In this document: positions 59,701 through 64,000 of the stretch, piece after piece | How the letters are laid out: every line of letters begins with the position of its first letter | Numbering within the stretch: the first letter of the stretch is position 1 | Assembly: GCA_051294375.1 (NCBI GenBank) | Contig: CM119271.1 | Span: 15,010,770-15,074,769 of the forward strand | Direction of reading: 5' to 3' | Origin: Paraspadella gotoi | Taxonomy: Eukaryota > Animalia > Chaetognatha | Length of the DNA: 64,000 bases | The notes under the pieces: model-generated | Told to the model about the DNA's origin: nothing | Database searches by the model: none | Seen by the model: the letters and a program-made list of their open reading frames with translations, nothing else | Program-made: the position numbers and the translations under genes

Positions 59701-61194
59701 CCCTCGCAGCATCCGTCAACGCCGCCGCAGCGCCGTGCCGCCGCTGCGGCTGGAAAAAGCTGCGGCTGCGCCTTAAGCCCGGTTCGCTGCCCGCGTTTCT
59801 CGAAACCGACACCGAGGCGGTGTGCGTGGGCGGCTGTGATGAGGAATTGAATCGATATTTGGGGATTAAAGCATTAGGAAGAGGAGGAGGAGGATCGGGG
59901 TCTTCATCCGCGGCGCCTTCGGGAAATCCCGCGCCGAAACCCTTTTCCGCCTCGCAGTCTTCGGCGTCACGGTCTTCCGCCAATCAGCGTCGACCTTTCT
60001 CTTCCTCCTCGGATTCCGCAGCCGGCGCACCTCCCCGTCAACTCCCCGTCGCCGACGACGACTTCAGCGACGACGACGCGATGGAGTTCGTGGATCGAGT
60101 CTTCGACGGGAGGCGGAAAGGCTCGGCGGGGAATTCGGCAACGTCGGCGAGGAGATCCGTGACCGATTCCCAGGTGGTCTGCGGATGCGGCCAGGCGCCT
60201 GTGGAGTTAATGACGAAGAAGGAAGGAGCCAATCAGGTGATATGACTGCGAGTGAGACTGAAAACCCCGCTCATTACGAGATTGAATTAAAGTAGTCAAC
60301 TTAATGCCTTATTCACAAATCCACTCAAATCGACAGGGTCGCCTATTTCTCAAATGCTCAACCGGGAATTGCAACTTCTTCTCCTGGTCGGATTCTCTTC
60401 CCGCGAGTCAAAGACGAACTGCCTCCTCCTCCTCCTCATCTCGTCAACCCTTTTCTCAGCGGCGAAGCTTCGACAACGGTCCTTCCCCCGCCCCCCGCTC
60501 TTCTTTCGACGACGGCGCCGCCGTCCCCGCCGCTTCAGCACCTTACTGCCGCTGCGGCCTCTCGGGGAAACTTCTCACCGTCAGGAAGGAAGGACCGAAC
60601 ACTGGGCGGGAATTCTTCGGCTGCTCCAAAGGGGCCGGGGATCAGGGCTGCGGGTTTTTCGAGTGGGCGGATAGCGAAGGTGGAAGGGGAAGAGGCGGCG
60701 GCGGCGGCGGCGGCGGCGAATCGTCGATCGATCCTTCGCAAAACTCGACCGTTTGCAATTGCGGTGTCGCCGCCGTCAAACGGACCGTCAGCAAAGACGG
60801 ACCCAATAAGGGCAGAGAGTTTTGGGTCTGCGTCAAACCAAGAGACTCTGGCTCCTGTGGGTTCTTTCAGTGGGCGGACGGGGATGGCGGCGGCGGTGGC
60901 GGCGGCGGTGGCGGAGTCAGCGGCGGCAGAAGCGGTGGCGGGTTTTCGATGAGAGGAAGTAGCGGTGCCGGGAGGAGCGGGAGTGCGACGGGAAGTGGCA
61001 GGAAGAGAAAATGCGGAAATTGCGGGACAGAGGGACACACGAAACTCAAATGTCCCGCGCTCGGCGGTGGCGCTGGTGGCGGAGGCGGCGACGGCGGAGG
61101 GAGTAGGCGTGGAAGAGGCGGTGGGCGAGTCGGTGCTGGAGGGAGAGGTAGGGGCGGGAAAATAGGAACCATTCAACCTCCTGAGTTTTGGTGA
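53745..61194 (+). CDS. TOP3A: DNA topoisomerase 3-alpha, multi-exon
   Basis: MKVLNVAEKNDAAK, MTSVSGHL, IWTDGDREGENIG, ELDLRIGAAFTRFQT, SYG|SCQFPTLGFVVERY, GFISYPRTET (catalytic Tyr), GIGTDATHADHI, a C4 zinc ribbon, GRF zinc fingers and a CCHC knuckle (CGNCGTEGHTKLKC). Confidence 0.96.
54013..54480 (+). repeat. G-rich minisatellite (unit ~GGAGTGGGAATGTGGTTGGGGG, 20-26 bp) in TOP3A intron 1
   Basis: About 20 tandem imperfect units are directly visible. Confidence 0.92.
55649..56474. mobile_element. Tc1/mariner-type MITE (~0.83 kb) in a TOP3A intron
   Basis: TA|CACTGCG......AAAAAAGTAGTCAC ... GTGGCTACTTTTTTTT....CGCAGTG|TA: imperfect ~28-bp TIRs with TA duplication and an AT-rich interior. Confidence 0.78.
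56493..56812. mobile_element. HINE/DINE-1-like (Helentron-associated) short element
   Basis: Subterminal inverted repeats gtcgaatctgc / gcagatccgac. The 3' end 'gggcagatccg...tttgctcaaactt' recurs at ~13713-13745, and 'actcgtgattggatggat' recurs at ~25175 beside GTCC-type microsatellites. Confidence 0.45.
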
Positions 61195-61605
61195 TCTTTT
61201 TTTTGTTTTCTGTTTCTAGTTTATGATCGAGTCATTTCTCTCTCTCTCTCTCTCTCTCTCGCTCGTTATTTGTTGATTTGTTAAACAAGATGCCATCGTT
61301 GATTTTAATTTGTCCTCGAATTTTACAGTTAAAATCGATATATAATCAGAAATAGAGCGCGAGAAGACGTCGGGCGGACAACCTCTATACAATTACATTA
61401 TATTTCTATTTGTTTGTTTTTTAATCTTTTTCAATAAAATTGATTTAAAGATTGCGTCATTCCAAATCGTTTTATTAAATCCTTTCATACCTTTAAGGCC
61501 ATGACGACCATTGACGGCCATTGACGGCCATTGACGACCATTGACTACATTTCCGTGAATCCAATGCACAAAATAGAATCTTCGACTCTCCCTCTCTTAT
61601 AAAAA

Positions 61606-64000
61606 ATGACTTCCCCAACTTCCTCGACGCCGAGCGCGCCGGGCGCTCAACCGGCGCCGACCGACGCCGCGGCGGAGATTCGCGAGGGCTTCCTCTGTCC
61701 GATTTGCTTCAGCGACATGGGAACTTTAGCGCAACTCGTGGCGCATTTCGACGCCGCCCACGCCGACGAGGACAGGGACGCGTTGAAACAACTCAAGGTG
61801 GGTTAATTTATGTAATGTTTAATGACATTAAACTTTAACGCAGTGTAAATTTCTTAGATAATTAGATAATTATTTAATTATTTGTCAAAAGGACCTTTTC
61901 GGTCGTGCCAAAAAGAAAATGCGCATCGCGATGGCCGACGACGCACCCGGCGCCGATGCCGACGCCGACGCTCCGCCAAACGACGCCGCCCCACCGATCG
62001 AGTGGGCGCCACAAACGCTGGGCGTTGTCCGCGCTCACGGTGCCGCCTTTAAAAAATGGCGAGACGATCGCAATTCTCACGCCGCGATTCAGAGGAACAA
62101 ACTCGTGATTCGATTGAGAAAATTGGTCGATCCTTCTGCGCCGATGGAACCGCAGAAGCGGAAGGTCTTGGCGATAAGAAAAATAATTTCATTTGTAAAG
62201 CTATGATACTACTAAATATTATTTGAACACCTAAATTGATGAACGGTAATTAATTAATTAATTAATTAATTAATTAGAGTATAGACCAAGGTTTTTGGAG
62301 AAAGCGATGCCTTTTTATTCGCGTATAATTGTNNNNNNNNNNNNNNNNNTCGGATTATCTAGGTCGCGCGTTAAGAAGCGCTTCAGTTTTATTAAACAAG
62401 TTACAAAGAGGAGACGTTGACATTTTCAGTAATTCTTCAAGAATTTGAGTCCAACAGAATCATAATAAAAGCATTGCAAAAATATTAAAATAAAACTGCT
62501 TAGAATACCGAATCAAAAGTTATGAGCATGATCTAAATAACTATATTATGCAAATGAGATTTAGGAACTTCATCTCATTTGAAATTAATCAAAACTTACT
62601 CTGCTTCATTATTATTTAAAGATTAAAAAAATCAATACATTATAAAGATATTTATGACAAAAATCTGTATTTTGTGCAGGAGTTTGAAAAGTCGCTAGTC
62701 CGTTGGGCCCCCGACGAGGACGTACCTCTCTGTCCATTTTGCGCGGCGACTCTGGGGCCGCCGACTGGATTGACTGACGCCTTAAAGAATATCGCTAAAT
62801 CCGAGGACGTGGGTGATACGCCCGCCGTCAAGTTGAAGGTTGGATTCAAGTTTTTTTTTCTTTTATTATGGGTTTTAGTTCTTTCTTTCTTTTCCCTTCT
62901 CCATTTTCCCAGGAACTGAAAGACAAGTTCAAGTTGTCGCAAATCCTTGGCTCGCGGCGCCACCACTGCCGTACTTGCGGCGCCGTCATGTGCCATTCCT
63001 GCTCTTTCTTTCTCTCTCACTCCATGGGATCGCGTTTGGTCGACGTTATCTCGGAAGGGAAACAGAGAAGAGGAGGAGGAGGAGGAGGAGGAGGTGGTCA
63101 GAAGGAGAAGATTGTCGAAAGGTGAATTCGGGGGGGGGGGAAGATGCTTATAGTTATAACATTGTGGGTCTCGTGCTGCGTCAGCATCGCCCATAGTAGG
63201 AATTACCCTCAATCTAAATTAGTAACTGTCGCAATGTCGAATACTAGAATTGGAAGGTTTAGGGACGACATAGCGCTCCCATTGTTGATCGAATTTTCCG
63301 ACAAATGTAAATATTTATTATTTAAACATTACGAATATCCTACATAATAAATTTTAGCCAATTCTCGTCTCAAGGGCATTCGCCGGAGCGGGAGCGACTC
63401 TTCCCTCAGTTCCACCGCCGCCTTCGAGGGCGAACTTTACATCCGCCTTTGTCGCGACTGTCTCTCCACCCTCGAGTCTCGCTTCCGCTATTTGGAGACG
63501 CTCCACGCCCAGCATCCCGTGGCGCCTCTTTACGCGGCGCTGATGCGGAGCCTGGCTGAGATCGAGGAAGATTGCCCCGCCTACGCCGAGATGGCGCAGT
63601 CGCTGCGGCGCGGCGAGCGGACGCACGAGCTGCAGGAGGCGCAGCGCCGCCGACTCAAACTCATGAAACTTTACGAGGCCGTGGACAAGACGTCCAAGAG
63701 GATCGTCGCTTGCGGGACGGCGCCCGAGGAGGAGCAAGCGTCGGCCAAGCAAATCAAGCTGCAACGGGTCGTCAGACAGATGGCCGCCAATTTCTTGCAG
63801 GTTTGTCTTTTCTGAATTAATGAATTATTCAATTTATTTTTTATAACCAGTAGAAAAATTCTCTATCTTGCCCCGGACTTTGGACCGGCAAGGTATTTAC
63901 ATAACAGGACCCTGCAAACTTTCAATCAAGACTCTCACAAGATTATATCTCTCTCTCTCTCTCTGTTATTCATTCAGGATCACGTGTTCGGGCTTCAGTC
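61606..64000 (+). CDS. RBSN: Rabenosyn-5 (ZFYVE20), 5' part; continues beyond the window
   Basis: N-terminal C2H2 finger EIREGFLCPIC.....L..HFDAAH, WAPQTLGVVRAH..FKK.R, NKLVIRL.KL, and FYVE motifs (EKSLVRW.PDEDVPLCP.C ... RRHHCRTCGAVMC..CS ... IRLCRDC). Confidence 0.92.
62333..62349. other. Assembly gap (run of N)
   Basis: 17 N characters inside an RBSN intron. Confidence 0.99.

Noticed and set aside
3391-61176. Numerous antisense and alternate-frame ORFs overlapping the called exons
   Set aside because: Expected shadows of GC-rich coding sequence with no independent homology signal.

Overview
Gene-dense, intron-containing eukaryotic (metazoan-type) DNA with GC-rich exons and AT-rich introns/spacers. 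Fifteen conserved housekeeping genes are all on the + strand, often only ~180-430 bp apart: WDR36 (3' part), PRCC, CWF19L2, MRPL51, an RNF216-like RBR ligase, OSBPL1A, an uncharacterised HEAT-repeat gene, MRPL4, RPL13A, ALDH5A1, SSBP1-like, HMGXB4, TLCD4/TMEM56, TOP3A and RBSN (5' part). This layout suggests eukaryotic operons resolved by SL trans-splicing (inference). Exceptions are one orphan gene on the - strand with a TATA box and a same-strand SERTA/IER-like ORF nested in an ALDH5A1 intron. That intron also holds two adjacent palindromic mini-elements, each bounded by a 13-bp direct duplication and carrying minimal type I hammerhead ribozyme motifs of the Penelope-like kind. Other mobile DNA: a 2.1-kb TA-flanked foldback element, a 2.5-kb TIR element with unexplained cargo ORFs, MITEs, and dispersed intronic repeat families. 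All gene names come from motif recall, not database searches; exon boundaries were read by eye.
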